From Rebecca billardiae RCC1528 (lineage: Eukaryota > Protista > Haptophyta): a stretch of DNA of 64,000 nt. Numbering within the stretch: the first letter of the stretch is position 1; each line of letters starts with the position of its first letter. The notes under the pieces are model-generated. The model was not told the DNA's origin. It did no database searches and saw nothing but the letters and a program-made list of their open reading frames with translations. The stretch spans positions 4,049,910-4,113,909 of the forward strand of contig OZ251225.1 in assembly GCA_965240325.2 (NCBI GenBank), read 5' to 3'. This document shows, in pieces, positions 12,643-22,919 of the stretch. The translations under genes and the position numbers were made by a program.

Positions 12643-13269
12643 GCGCGCGTGGCGGCCTGTCCGCTGCGGACGAGGAGCTGACGGACGCCGCGTCCCGCGC
12701 GCGCATGCGCCTCACGCGCGCGGCCGCGACGAGCGGCGCGGAGGACGCGGGCCCGCCGCGCTCGGCGAGCGCGGGCGCGGCGCCCGCGCTGGGCGACGCG
12801 CTCTCGCCGCCCGCGCCCCTCGCGGCGGGCCAGCCCCAGCCCCAGCCCCAGCCGCCGCCGCCGCCGCAGCTGCAGCCGCGCGGGCGCGGCCGGCCGCGCG
12901 GCTCGGGCAAGGGGCGGGCGGGCGCGGCGCGCGGCCGCGCGGCGGTCGAGGCGGCGCGCACGACGGCGGCCCTGCAGCGCCGGCTGCAGGCGTCGCTGGC
13001 CGAGCTCGACATTGCGCCCACGCACAGGCGGCTCTTCCCGCAGGTGCGCCGGCCGCGCGCCCTCCCTCTCGCGCGCGCCCTCTCGCGCGCGCGCGCTCAG
13101 CCGCGCCGCGCGCGCGCGCGCTCCGTGCGCTGTGCGCGCGCAGGGCGCTCCGGAGGACACCGACTTTGCGCAGACGCTGCTCGCGACGCTGCTGAGCGGC
13201 GCCGAGTCCGCGGCCGTGCACGCGGACGGGGAGGGGCTGGGCGCGGAGCAGCCCCTCGAGCAGGAGTAG
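11475..13269 (+). CDS. NUMOD3 (nuclease-associated modular DNA-binding) repeat protein with signal peptide, intron-containing
   Basis: 'HTDESRAKISAANKGKTPWNAGRRHSAETIALIR' and further 'S.E.RAKIS/A...R.RW' repeats; hydrophobic N-terminus; last exon ends ...QPLEQE* at 13269. Confidence 0.75.
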
Positions 13270-14879
13270 CAGTGGGGCTGGCGGCTGCCGACCGAGGCGA
13301 CCGTCCGCGCGTCTTGACTACGGACTGCGCTGCGCTCGATCACGGCTATGTGCGAATCAAGGCCTATATGGTCGGCCATGACCGATGATATTGGCCGCTA
13401 GTTGGCCGCTAGGCGGCCATGGCCGATGGTTAGCGGTCGACCAGCCATCTCTGGCCGATGGGTATTACTGTTGGCGGCCGATATGGGCCCCGATATGGCC
13501 GTCCGGCGCCACCGGCGGGCCGCGCGGCCCCGCCGGAGCCCGGCGGAGCGGCCGCGCCGGACGGCATGGCCACGGCGACGGTCGTACGGCTACGGTCCGA
13601 GAGGGCGGCCCCGGGGCTCGGCCGACCCAACTGGTGGCGGACTTGTTGAGCCCCAATGGCGGTCTCGACCGAGCGCGCTTGCTTAGCCGCTTGGCACAGG
13701 TCCGTGTGTATGTGCCTGTCGTGATATATTAGACTACTGATGTAGTGTGTTGGCATATCGTCTGATTCTTATTCTGATTAATAGTATATCATCATATCAT
13801 CATCAATTCATCAGTAATACGACAGACGACTATGTCTCACTGATGATATCGTCGTCCGCTTTATTTTGACGATGCTGTATTCTGGCTCTGCGCGCCGGCC
13901 CTGTGACTGTGTGAGTGTATAGGACGCGAGCCCGGCGATATTGATACTAGGTGCAGGCCGGCGAGCCCGGCGAGACTCCGAGGGCGAGTCAGCGGCCGCA
14001 CCCGCGCCCGCGACCGCGCCCACGCCCGCGCCCACGACCCCTACTTCTGCCACGGCTCGCGCTTGCACTGCCAGCAGCGCTGCGGCATCGTCTGCCCTGA
14101 GACGCGGCGACTGCGGCAGCCTCGCGCGGCGAGCAGACCGGAGCGGTGGCTGCCGCAGCAGCACAGACAGTACTCACTCAGTAGTCAGCTGCAAGCAGCT
14201 AGTGCGACGAGATCATGCCCAGACAGAGTCAAGCCGACCTCGTTGGGGTACCATACATTCTGCCCGAGTGGTGATCGAATAACCTTGCGCCGAAAAAGAA
14301 AAAAGGATGAATGAATATATATATCGTCCTTTATTCATTCATTCGTCGTAGTCGGCCACTGGCCGATGAACGGGCGAAAGTGGGCATCCTGTGGCCGACG
14401 GGTTGGCCGACGCCAGTCGAGGCTTGATTCGCACACAGGATCACGGTGATCGGCAGCGGCACACGCGCGTACGTGCTGGCGTACTGATCGATCAGCGGAA
14501 ATCCGGCTGCTGCTGCTGAGTGATGCTGACTGATCTACATATATGCTGCTGGTGGGCCTCATCAGCAGCATGCAGCACGGCAGCTAGAGAGAGTGACTGA
14601 ATCGAGCCTGACGGTAAGAGTCAGCAGAGATCGAGATATCTAGCTGATGAGTAGCACTAGCAGCGCGCGCGCTCGCCGATTAATCCGAATGCCACGAGGC
14701 GGACGAGATGAGCGAGTGCGCCGCCGCCTGCGATCGATGCTCAGCAGCGCTGACGAGCCACTGACGCTGATGATGCGCCGCGGCTGATGCTGCTATCTCC
14801 TCACAGTCACCGGCCGAAGGCTGGACTCCCACCCTCCACTCTCCCGGCAGCCTTCGTCAGCACCGTTTTTGCTGTATAT

Positions 14880-15896
14880 GTGGGGTTATTGGTACAATAA
14901 CTGATTGTCTAAGAGGACGACAAGAACGCCGGGCGCCAGCGCCGCTCATCAGCCACATCGCCCTCTACCAGACCATCGCCTCAAAGGGCGCTGCTCCCGG
15001 ACAAACAGTCTGTCCGGGTTGTTCTGCCGCCCAGGAGATCGATTTCCGGCGCCGGCCTCTGCCGCCTGCTTCGCCAGGCGCGGCGTGCGAGATGGCTCCA
15101 GCCAAGCTCGTCCTGCGTCGCCGGCGGCGGCGGCTCGCACGCGGGTGGCGCGTCGCGTGCACCGACCAACATCTTTCGGCAACTCGGCGGTAAGCAACGC
15201 TCCGCATCGCGCCCCCTCGCGCTTCGGGCCACCGCCTCTTCTCTCTCTGTGTGCGTGCGCACCCTGTGGCTCTTCCGCACCCGCCCCGATCGCACCGTTC
15301 CCTCTTCGCCACATGCCTCCTCCTCCGTGGGTGCGCCCCCACGCGGATCGCTGCTCCATCTCTCCCGCCCTGCCTCGGGATCGCCCCGGTGCCAACGCCA
15401 GCCGGCTCCTACACAAGGACCGCTGGCGGCACACCGCGCGCCGGGCCCCGTGCGCACCCGCGGGCCATTCACAGCATCCGCAAAGGCCGTCTAGCCTTCT
15501 CCTGCTTCCGCAGCGCCGCGCCTCGGGGCCGGCTGCCTGCTATCTCTCCTATTCGGGTTCCGTCTCACTCGCACTGCCCCACCTGCCCAGCCCCCGCTGG
15601 CCGGCCCTCGTGCGTGCGCGACTCACACGTGCCTTGCCCCCTTTCCTTCCCATCACTCAATGGGATTCTCCTCCACGCGGTGCTCCCCAACACACCATGA
15701 AACGGGATCACTCACGCACCGCGTCTCGTCGACGGCGAGCGGCATGCCCACCGCATCTGCTGCCGCTCGCCAAGGCATGAGGACACGTAAATCCCACTGA
15801 GTAGGAACACACGCAGCCGCCTCGGCATCGACATGCCAGGCGGCGTGCCCACCTTCGGCCAGCAGTTGGCGTCGGCGTTCACGAGGACGGCTAGAC
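14880..15896. mobile_element. Non-autonomous hairpin-terminated element, copy A (1,017 bp), rolling-circle (Helitron2/Replitron)-like
   Basis: Begins GTGGGGTTATTGGTACAATAACTGATTGTCTAAGAGGACG after TATAT and ends GAGGACGGCTAGAC. Joined head-to-tail to copy B. Shares 304 bp of left end and 194 bp of right end with copy B. Confidence 0.75.
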
Positions 15897-16557
15897 GTGG
15901 GGTTATTGGTACAATAACTGATTGTCTAAGAGGACGACAAGAACGCCGGGCGCCAGCGCCGCTCATCAGCCACATCGCCCTCTACCAGACCATCGCCTCA
16001 AAGGGCGCTGCTCCCGGACAAACAGTCTGTCCGGGTTGTTCTGCCGCCCAGGAGATCGATTTCCGGCGCCGGCCTCTGCCGCCTGCTTCGCCAGGCGCGG
16101 CGTGCGAGATGGCTCCAGCCAAGCTCGTCCTGCGTCGCCGGCGGCGGCGGCTCGCACGCGGGTGGCGCGTCGCGTGCACCGACCAACATCTTTCGGCAAC
16201 CCGCCCACCCAGGGCCCGTTGGTCTGGTGCTCGGGCGGCGGGATCACAACACCCGCCGTCCGACCGCCCGGTCTTGCGGCGCTGCACTTAGGGCTCATGT
16301 GACCCCCTGCCTCCCAACATGTTGAGCTGACGAGGCCAGGGGCGCGCATCTCAGCAGATGGCGTCGCCGGCGGTGAGTCAGGGCCGGTGCTGCAGCAGGC
16401 AGACCGGCGGCGCAGCTGCTGCAGAGCAGCAGTGCGGATGAACTGGCACAGTCTGGGGCACGCATCTCAGCAGATGGCGTTGCCGCTGGGGTGTCAGGGC
16501 TGGCGCCGCATCAGGCGGGCCGGCAGCAGCAGCTGCTGCGGAGCAGTGGCTGGCAGC

Positions 16558-16741
16558 GTGTGTGGGAGTATACGGTGCCGCCACCCCACCCCGCCTCCCC
16601 AGCCCTCCCCCGAGCCTACGACTCATCATCCCCGGTTCTCAGTCGAGCCACATCGAGCCACATCGAGCCACATCGAGCCACATCGAGCCACGTCGAGCCA
16701 CGTCGAGCCACGTCGAGCCACGTCGAGCCACGTCGAGCCAC
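16558..16741 (+). repeat. PLV left TIR: about 85 bp unique plus 10 units of TCGAGCCAC(A/G)
   Basis: Reverse complement of approx. 32433-32592. Confidence 0.9.
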
Positions 16742-16896
16742 CCCGCCGCCCCACCCCAACCCCCGCCGCCACCCCACCCCGCCGCCGCCGCCACCACCGC
16801 CGCCCCACCCCAACCCCCGCCGCCGCCGCCACGCCGCCGCCGCGTTTATTTCGGCGCAATATAAAATCTTACGCACGTGTATAATACTGACCTATC

Positions 16897-17550
16897 ATGC
16901 CCTGGCGTGTGACTTGCGAAGCACGCACCGGAGCACCCGGCTTCGCCGACGACGAGGAATACGAGTCACGCTGGTTCGTGGACCTCACGGACGCACTCCG
17001 CCACTTGATCCACTTCCACCCTTCTGAGCGCTGGCACTGCGTCCGCCACGCCACGGTGCGCTTCGAGTACTCGGGCGGTCGGGCATGCAAATATAGTGAC
17101 GGACTCATTTTCTACGGCAACAGCCTCAGGGACCTCGGCGTGAGCGAGCGCACCTTTGACGACGCGTTCGAGCAGGCGCTCGGCATCAAGCCGGTCACGC
17201 TGGAGCGGAAGAACAACGTGTTCGTACCAATCGACACGAACGCTTCCTCCGGCCGTCATCGCCTCACGCAAGAGACCATCAAGCAAAAGTCAAGGCGCTT
17301 GCTTCCTCCGGAGGAAGAGTTGGAGGCGCACAGGGAGGAGAACATCGAGTGCTCCGAATGCAACCGCGAGGTGCCATTCGAGCTCTTCGCCTTCCGCCGC
17401 CGCAGAGGCGGTAGCGTGACGCGCACTATGAACTGCTACGAGTGCCACCTCGAGCAGGTGCGCATCCGCCGGGCGCGCTTCGTGAGCAAGGGCGCATCCT
17501 CGGCGGAGCGCGACGCGCAAATAAAATCGGCGGCGCGCGCCGCCGCCTAG
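16897..17550 (+). CDS. PLV hypothetical protein with C-terminal C4 zinc finger
   Basis: 217-aa ORF with 'CSEC...F..F......CYEC' and a basic tail. First gene after the left TIR. Confidence 0.7.
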   Translation: MPWRVTCEARTGAPGFADDEEYESRWFVDLTDALRHLIHFHPSERWHCVRHATVRFEYSGGRACKYSDGLIFYGNSLRDLGVSERTFDDAFEQALGIKPVTLERKNNVFVPIDTNASSGRHRLTQETIKQKSRRLLPPEEELEAHREENIECSECNREVPFELFAFRRRRGGSVTRTMNCYECHLEQVRIRRARFVSKGASSAERDAQIKSAARAAA

Positions 17551-17657
17551 GGAAAAAATCGGCGGCGCGCACCGCCTAGGGAAAAACGTACGCGCGTTAT
17601 TCTGGCGCCAAATAAAAATGTCAACCACCATCATAACACAAAATCCTCGCTTGTAGT

Positions 17658-20600
17658 ATGATGAACGTTGATGAGCTCATCCGAAATGCCCGCGCGCGCC
17701 TCAACGAGCGCACCCCTCGCATCGAAATTCCGATCACGAGCCGCCTAGGCGCTACCGCAGCAGCACGCACGAACTCCATCGCGAGAGCATTCCAGTCTCC
17801 GCCGGGCGCCCCCAGCTCGACGCCAGCCACCGGCCTCCGCTCCACCAGCCGCTCGCTCAGCCAATACACGCAGGAGCAGCTCACGCGCATCCGCCAGTTC
17901 CAAGACGCATTCGAGGGCTTCGGCATGAGTGCCCCGCAAGTCCTCGCCGGCATGCTCTACCAAGATCCGTGGAGCGGTAAGCGGCGCAAGATCCCCTCCA
18001 ACGGCAGGCAGCTCGACGCCCTCGCCGAGCGCGTCGCCAGCAAGATCTCCGGTCCCGCGCCCCGCACGCCCCGCCGCCGCCGCACGCCCGCCCGCCGCGC
18101 GCCCGACCGCGACCGCGCCGCGAGCCTCCTCCAGCGCTTCACTCGCTCCCAGCTCGCAAACCGCCTGACGGACGCCCAGCGCACGCAACTGGAGGTCGAC
18201 CGGAACCTCGCCATGCTCTCGACGAGCATGCAGGATCGCTATTTTGAGTTCATCGACCGCAAGCGCTTTATTTTGCCGCTCAAGTGGATTCTGCACGAGA
18301 ATCTTGGACTGCTCCTGGAGCAGCAGCTGAACTACACGCCGAGCCAGCATCACCTCGGAGCGATTCTCCAGACGATTAATGCGACTATTGACGCTCGCCT
18401 GCAGGAGATACCGTACAGCCGGCTCTCGATGCACATTCGACTCGAATCAATATTCGCGCACGCCAAGGTGACGATTAGCAAATCCACCAAGAACGGAAAG
18501 GCCGTCGAGACGTCCGATTTCACCTGGGAGGCGGATCCCTTTGCAGCAACCATGCACGAGGTCGCTCAGCTCAAGACCCGCGAGGAGATTAGGCTCCACG
18601 CGCGCGCATTCAAAAACCAGAACGACCAGTACAATCCGACCGCCTTGAACAAGGGCTTCTACGAGTTTGGCGTGGTCACCGCGGGCGCGAAGGAGCTCGA
18701 CAACTCGACGGCGCGCCTGGTCATCGACAAGGGCAACCCCGAGGACGTGCAGCAAGTCAAGACCAAGGTCGCGGAGATACTCGCGCTCGTCACCTCCACG
18801 AGTAACCCGCAGTACAGCGCGCGGCGATTTGTGGGTCTCCTTAGCTTTGACGTGGACACCTATCCGATCAATGCCGTCCGCCAGCAGGGCTCGTCTTACG
18901 TCAAGCTCCCGCAGAAGTTTGGCGGCGGAAGCAAGGGCCTAATCAATCCCGAGAACAAGACCGACAACAAGTGCTTCCTGTGGGCGTCGCTCATGCACTT
19001 TGCGAACGCAGATGGCGCCAAGAAGCAGGAGCGCACCAGCACGCTCAAGCGCTACGAGTCGATGATCACCTGGCCGGAGGAGGTCAAGTTTCCGTTCGAC
19101 TGCACCGACATCCCGCGCCTCGAGGAGGCCAACCCCACCCTCACCTGGAACGTCTTCTCGCTCGAGCAAGTCAAGCGCTCCTCGGAGGACCATCACGAGC
19201 ACCCCGAGGACACGGACGAGTTCAAGTACCCCATCGTGCCGATTCACACGACCACGCCGGAGAAGTACCGCGAGCGCACGCTCATCAACATCCTCGCGTA
19301 CGAGGACCACTACGTCTTCGTCAAGGACCTGGACCGGCTCCTCAGCGAGCGTGCGCACAACTGCGCGCACTGCCCCATCTGCACGCGCCGCTTCAGGACC
19401 AAGGCAATCCGCGATCAGCACACCGCGCAGTGCAACGCCAACTGGCGCCACCTGTTTCAGCCGTGGACGCTCGACGAGATTAAGAGCCAGGCGAGGACGC
19501 CTCAGGAGCTCAAGCGCACCGAGACGGACATCACCTACTCGCAGGACACCTCAGTCGTGTGGAAGCCGGTAGTAGCGGTGGCCGACTTTGAGGCGGTCAA
19601 CACGCAAGTCAACGGGGAGACGCATCAGAAGGCGCAGTCGGTGAGCCTCAAGTTTGACTTCCAGGACGGCATGGACGCCCCTGACATGGATTGCAGCTTC
19701 ATGGGTCCGGATGCGGGTGTGCGATTTTTGCACGCGCTGCTCGACGCCACCCCCAAGATCCGCGACGCATGCTCGCGCTACAAGGACGACTTTTCAAAGG
19801 TCACCGCGGCCGACCGCGAGCACTTTGAGGCGAGCGAGACGTGCCACTTTTGCGGCGAGGCTGCCTTCGCCTCGAGCGCGGAGATTGCTCGCGCCGAAGC
19901 GGAGTACGAGCTCAAGTCGAAACTCGCGCCGGAGGAAAAGGACGAGTTGAAGCGCGCGCTCGAGGAGGTCCGAGCCAAGCGCAAGGTGCTCGACCACTGC
20001 CACTGCACGGGCCTCTACCGCGGCGCGGCACACTCGCGGTGCAACCTCAAGCACGGCACGCCGAGTCTCATCAGCAGCATACCGGTCTACTTTCATAACA
20101 TGTCCTACGACTCGCAGCTCATCATGCAGGCGCTCTCCGACGTGAGCGTTCAGGCGCGCATCAAGGAGCACAAGGTCCGTATGAATGCAATGGTGATCAA
20201 CTCCGAGCGCTTCAAGACGCTCGAGATCGGGGCCTTCCGCATCCTCGACTCGATGACTTTTCTGGGTGGAAGCTTGGCGGAATCTCTGAAGAATCTGCCC
20301 TCAGAGGACAAGCACTCGCTGCGCCGGGCGGCCAACGAGCACGCCGAGCGCTTCGGCAAGGACCCGGATGCGGTCTTCGAGGCCTTCAAGCACAAGCAAG
20401 TCTTCCCGTACGAGTTCGATTGGCACCAGCACCTCGACGAGCCCATCAGCGCAGATCCTCAGTTCTTCGGCTCCAAGCTGAGCGAAGGCTACGGCAAAAC
20501 CGACGAGGAGCTGGAGGAGCGCCTGGAGGCCGAGCAAAAGGAGCTCGAGGAGAGCCTGCCCGAGCGCATGAGCCGCCTGCAGGAGGCGACCGGCATCATC

Positions 20601-22253
20601 ACGTGGCGTGATCTCCACGATCTGTACCTCAGCATTGACGTCTGCGGGCTCCAAGATTGCATGCGTGCCTTCCGCAAGACCTCGATGAACACGTACGGCC
20701 TCGATCCGGCGTACTGCATCTCCAACTCGCAGTTCGCGTGGAAGGCCATGCTCAAGCTCACAGGCGTGAGCCTCGAGAGCATCCCCACGAGCGACCTGTA
20801 CGAGCACGCCGAGTCCGGGCTCCGCGGAGGCATGTCGATGGCGCGCAACCGCATCGCACGCGCGAACCACCCGGATCTTCCTGAATATGATCCCGCCAAA
20901 GAATTCTCAGCAATCCACGACTTTGACGCCAACGCACTTTATGCCTCAGTGATGTCGTGGAAGCTGCCAACGGGTGGGTATACGGATGTCGATCCGGAGC
21001 GCTTCGATGTTAACGATCCGCGCTACGGCGGGCTCCCGACGCGACCGAATCAGCCGTGCGAGGAGTGGCAAGGCGATGTGGGGGCGCTCGTGACGGTGGA
21101 CATCGACTACCCTGACCGCTTGCACGACCTGCACAGCGACTACCCGTTACTCCCCGAGGTAATGGAAGTGCCCGACGAGATGCTCTCGCCTATGCAGCGG
21201 GGCAAGCGCGCCGTAAAGACCACCAAGCTGATTGCGCACCTTGGCTCCCGCAAACACTACACGCTCAACGTCACGATGCTCAAGTTTGCGCTGGCGCAGG
21301 GGCTCGAGCTCACCAAGGTGCATCGGGTCGTCGAGTTCGAGCAAAGCCCGTGGCTGCGCCCGTGGGTGGACCTCAACACGCGGCTGCGCAAGCAGGGCAA
21401 GAATCCTTTCGAGGAGGGGTATTTCAAGCTCATGGTGAACGCGTGCTTCGGCAAGACGATGGAGCGGATCTACCACCACACGCAAGCGCGATTCATTGAT
21501 AACCGAGCGGCATTCACTCGAGCCATGACGAGCCACCGGGCTCTCACCTACAAGCCGATCGCACCCGAGTTTGCGCTCGTGACGATGAGCAAGCGCGAGT
21601 ACGTGCGTGACAAGCCCATCTTCGTGGGCGCCTCGATCCTTGACTTTTCGAAGCTGTGGATGTACACGTTTTTGTATAATGTGGTCTACCCCACCTTCGG
21701 ACCGAAGAACGCCCGCCTGCTCGGGACTGACACCGACTCGCTCATCATGAATTTCCGGGCGCCCTCGCACGAGGCCTATTTGGAGAAAATGCTCAGCATC
21801 CGCGACGAATGGCTGGACATGAGCAAGTTTCCGGAGGGGCACCCGCTCTTCACGGACGCAAACCGCAAGACACCGGGCTTCTTCAAGGATGAGCTCGGCG
21901 ACAATTTGGCTATAGCAGTGGCCTTTGTGCGGGCGAAGACCTACTCGATCAAGACGCTCAAGAGCCTCGAGGACGAGCTTGAGGACGTCCACCGAGCCAA
22001 GGGTGCCCCCTCCCGCTGCGTGCAAAATAGCCTCACGCACGACGACTACGAGACGACGATTTTGGAGAGTTCGAGCGTCAGCGCGCAGTACCACGATCTG
22101 CAATATAAAAATCACAACATTGTTTTCAGTCGGCGCGTGAAGAAGGTGCTCGATTGGGTCGACGATAAGGGCTACCATCTCTCGGCCGAGCGCACAATCG
22201 CCCTCAATCACTGGCGCATCAGGGCCGGCGCCCTCGCAGCGGCGATGGACTAG
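17658..22253 (+). CDS. Protein-primed family B DNA polymerase (Polinton type) with N-terminal terminal-protein/vOTU-like region and inserted endonuclease VII-like HNH zinc domain
   Basis: ExoI 'VADFE', ExoII 'YFHNMSYD', ExoIII 'YLSIDV'; Pol motifs 'DFDANALYASVM', 'FKLMVNACFGKT', 'GTDTDS'. 'GSSYVKLP...NKCFLW' and 'DHYVFVKDLDRLL' in the N-terminal region. 'CHFC...DHCHCTGLYRGAAHSRCNL' inside the exonuclease domain. Confidence 0.95.
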   Translation: MMNVDELIRNARARLNERTPRIEIPITSRLGATAAARTNSIARAFQSPPGAPSSTPATGLRSTSRSLSQYTQEQLTRIRQFQDAFEGFGMSAPQVLAGMLYQDPWSGKRRKIPSNGRQLDALAERVASKISGPAPRTPRRRRTPARRAPDRDRAASLLQRFTRSQLANRLTDAQRTQLEVDRNLAMLSTSMQDRYFEFIDRKRFILPLKWILHENLGLLLEQQLNYTPSQHHLGAILQTINATIDARLQEIPYSRLSMHIRLESIFAHAKVTISKSTKNGKAVETSDFTWEADPFAATMHEVAQLKTREEIRLHARAFKNQNDQYNPTALNKGFYEFGVVTAGAKELDNSTARLVIDKGNPEDVQQVKTKVAEILALVTSTSNPQYSARRFVGLLSFDVDTYPINAVRQQGSSYVKLPQKFGGGSKGLINPENKTDNKCFLWASLMHFANADGAKKQERTSTLKRYESMITWPEEVKFPFDCTDIPRLEEANPTLTWNVFSLEQVKRSSEDHHEHPEDTDEFKYPIVPIHTTTPEKYRERTLINILAYEDHYVFVKDLDRLLSERAHNCAHCPICTRRFRTKAIRDQHTAQCNANWRHLFQPWTLDEIKSQARTPQELKRTETDITYSQDTSVVWKPVVAVADFEAVNTQVNGETHQKAQSVSLKFDFQDGMDAPDMDCSFMGPDAGVRFLHALLDATPKIRDACSRYKDDFSKVTAADREHFEASETCHFCGEAAFASSAEIARAEAEYELKSKLAPEEKDELKRALEEVRAKRKVLDHCHCTGLYRGAAHSRCNLKHGTPSLISSIPVYFHNMSYDSQLIMQALSDVSVQARIKEHKVRMNAMVINSERFKTLEIGAFRILDSMTFLGGSLAESLKNLPSEDKHSLRRAANEHAERFGKDPDAVFEAFKHKQVFPYEFDWHQHLDEPISADPQFFGSKLSEGYGKTDEELEERLEAEQKELEESLPERMSRLQEATGIITWRDLHDLYLSIDVCGLQDCMRAFRKTSMNTYGLDPAYCISNSQFAWKAMLKLTGVSLESIPTSDLYEHAESGLRGGMSMARNRIARANHPDLPEYDPAKEFSAIHDFDANALYASVMSWKLPTGGYTDVDPERFDVNDPRYGGLPTRPNQPCEEWQGDVGALVTVDIDYPDRLHDLHSDYPLLPEVMEVPDEMLSPMQRGKRAVKTTKLIAHLGSRKHYTLNVTMLKFALAQGLELTKVHRVVEFEQSPWLRPWVDLNTRLRKQGKNPFEEGYFKLMVNACFGKTMERIYHHTQARFIDNRAAFTRAMTSHRALTYKPIAPEFALVTMSKREYVRDKPIFVGASILDFSKLWMYTFLYNVVYPTFGPKNARLLGTDTDSLIMNFRAPSHEAYLEKMLSIRDEWLDMSKFPEGHPLFTDANRKTPGFFKDELGDNLAIAVAFVRAKTYSIKTLKSLEDELEDVHRAKGAPSRCVQNSLTHDDYETTILESSSVSAQYHDLQYKNHNIVFSRRVKKVLDWVDDKGYHLSAERTIALNHWRIRAGALAAAMD

Positions 22254-22303
22254 TTAGCGCGTTTTTCTCAGCTCAAATAATTTTCTCACGCACTAGTATT
22301 AAA

Positions 22304-22813
22304 ATGGCCCCCTGCGATTTTGACGTTTCCGCTCGCCACGATTGTCGCTGCCGCGATTGCCGCGATTGCCGCGATTGCCGCGAGATGCGCACCGAGTTCG
22401 AGAGCCTCAAGGAGCGCGTGGTGGCTCTCGAGCGTGTCGTCGTCGCCAAGCCGCCCAAGCCGAGCGCGCGCCCCGGGTCGCTCACGGTGACATCAATAAC
22501 CGCCATTGAGAGTCACTTTGGCGGCATCGAAGTGGTCGACGCCAAGTTCTTCAACGAGCACTGCATCGTGGGTAGACTCAGCGAGCCCTTCGTGGAGGGT
22601 CACACTGTACCGCAATCGTTCAAAATTACCCGCAAAATTGTCGCTATCAGCGAGGCGTACGGCGAGCCGGGTCGGGCGCCGATCTCTCAGTCGGCTACGC
22701 CCGCAAGCCTTCGGGACGTGTTGTGGCCGCGCTCGTGGTCACGTCAGCGAGGCGGAGCTTCGCCAAGCGCGCCAAGCGCGCCGATGTTTGCAGATTCTGA
22801 TGGTGAGGACTGA
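22304..22813 (+). CDS. PLV hypothetical protein with (CRD)n Cys repeat and short coiled coil
   Basis: AAAATG start context shared with other PLV genes; 'CRCRDCRDCRDC' followed by 'EFESLKERVVALE'. Confidence 0.65.
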   Translation: MAPCDFDVSARHDCRCRDCRDCRDCREMRTEFESLKERVVALERVVVAKPPKPSARPGSLTVTSITAIESHFGGIEVVDAKFFNEHCIVGRLSEPFVEGHTVPQSFKITRKIVAISEAYGEPGRAPISQSATPASLRDVLWPRSWSRQRGGASPSAPSAPMFADSDGED

Positions 22814-22919
22814 CTGGTCTGAGCACCACGCCATCGCACAATGTAGAAGGATCAAAAACACTCGAAGGTGCTCGCTCGGAGCGCTTCCGAGATTTTGGCG
22901 GCATGATACTATTTCGATA

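Noticed and set aside
9797-13195. 1132-aa plus-strand ORF, and similar 34239-37559 and 36449-39475 N-terminal extensions
   Set aside because: These are antisense or off-frame read-through of real genes in very high-GC DNA; only the motif-bearing parts were kept.
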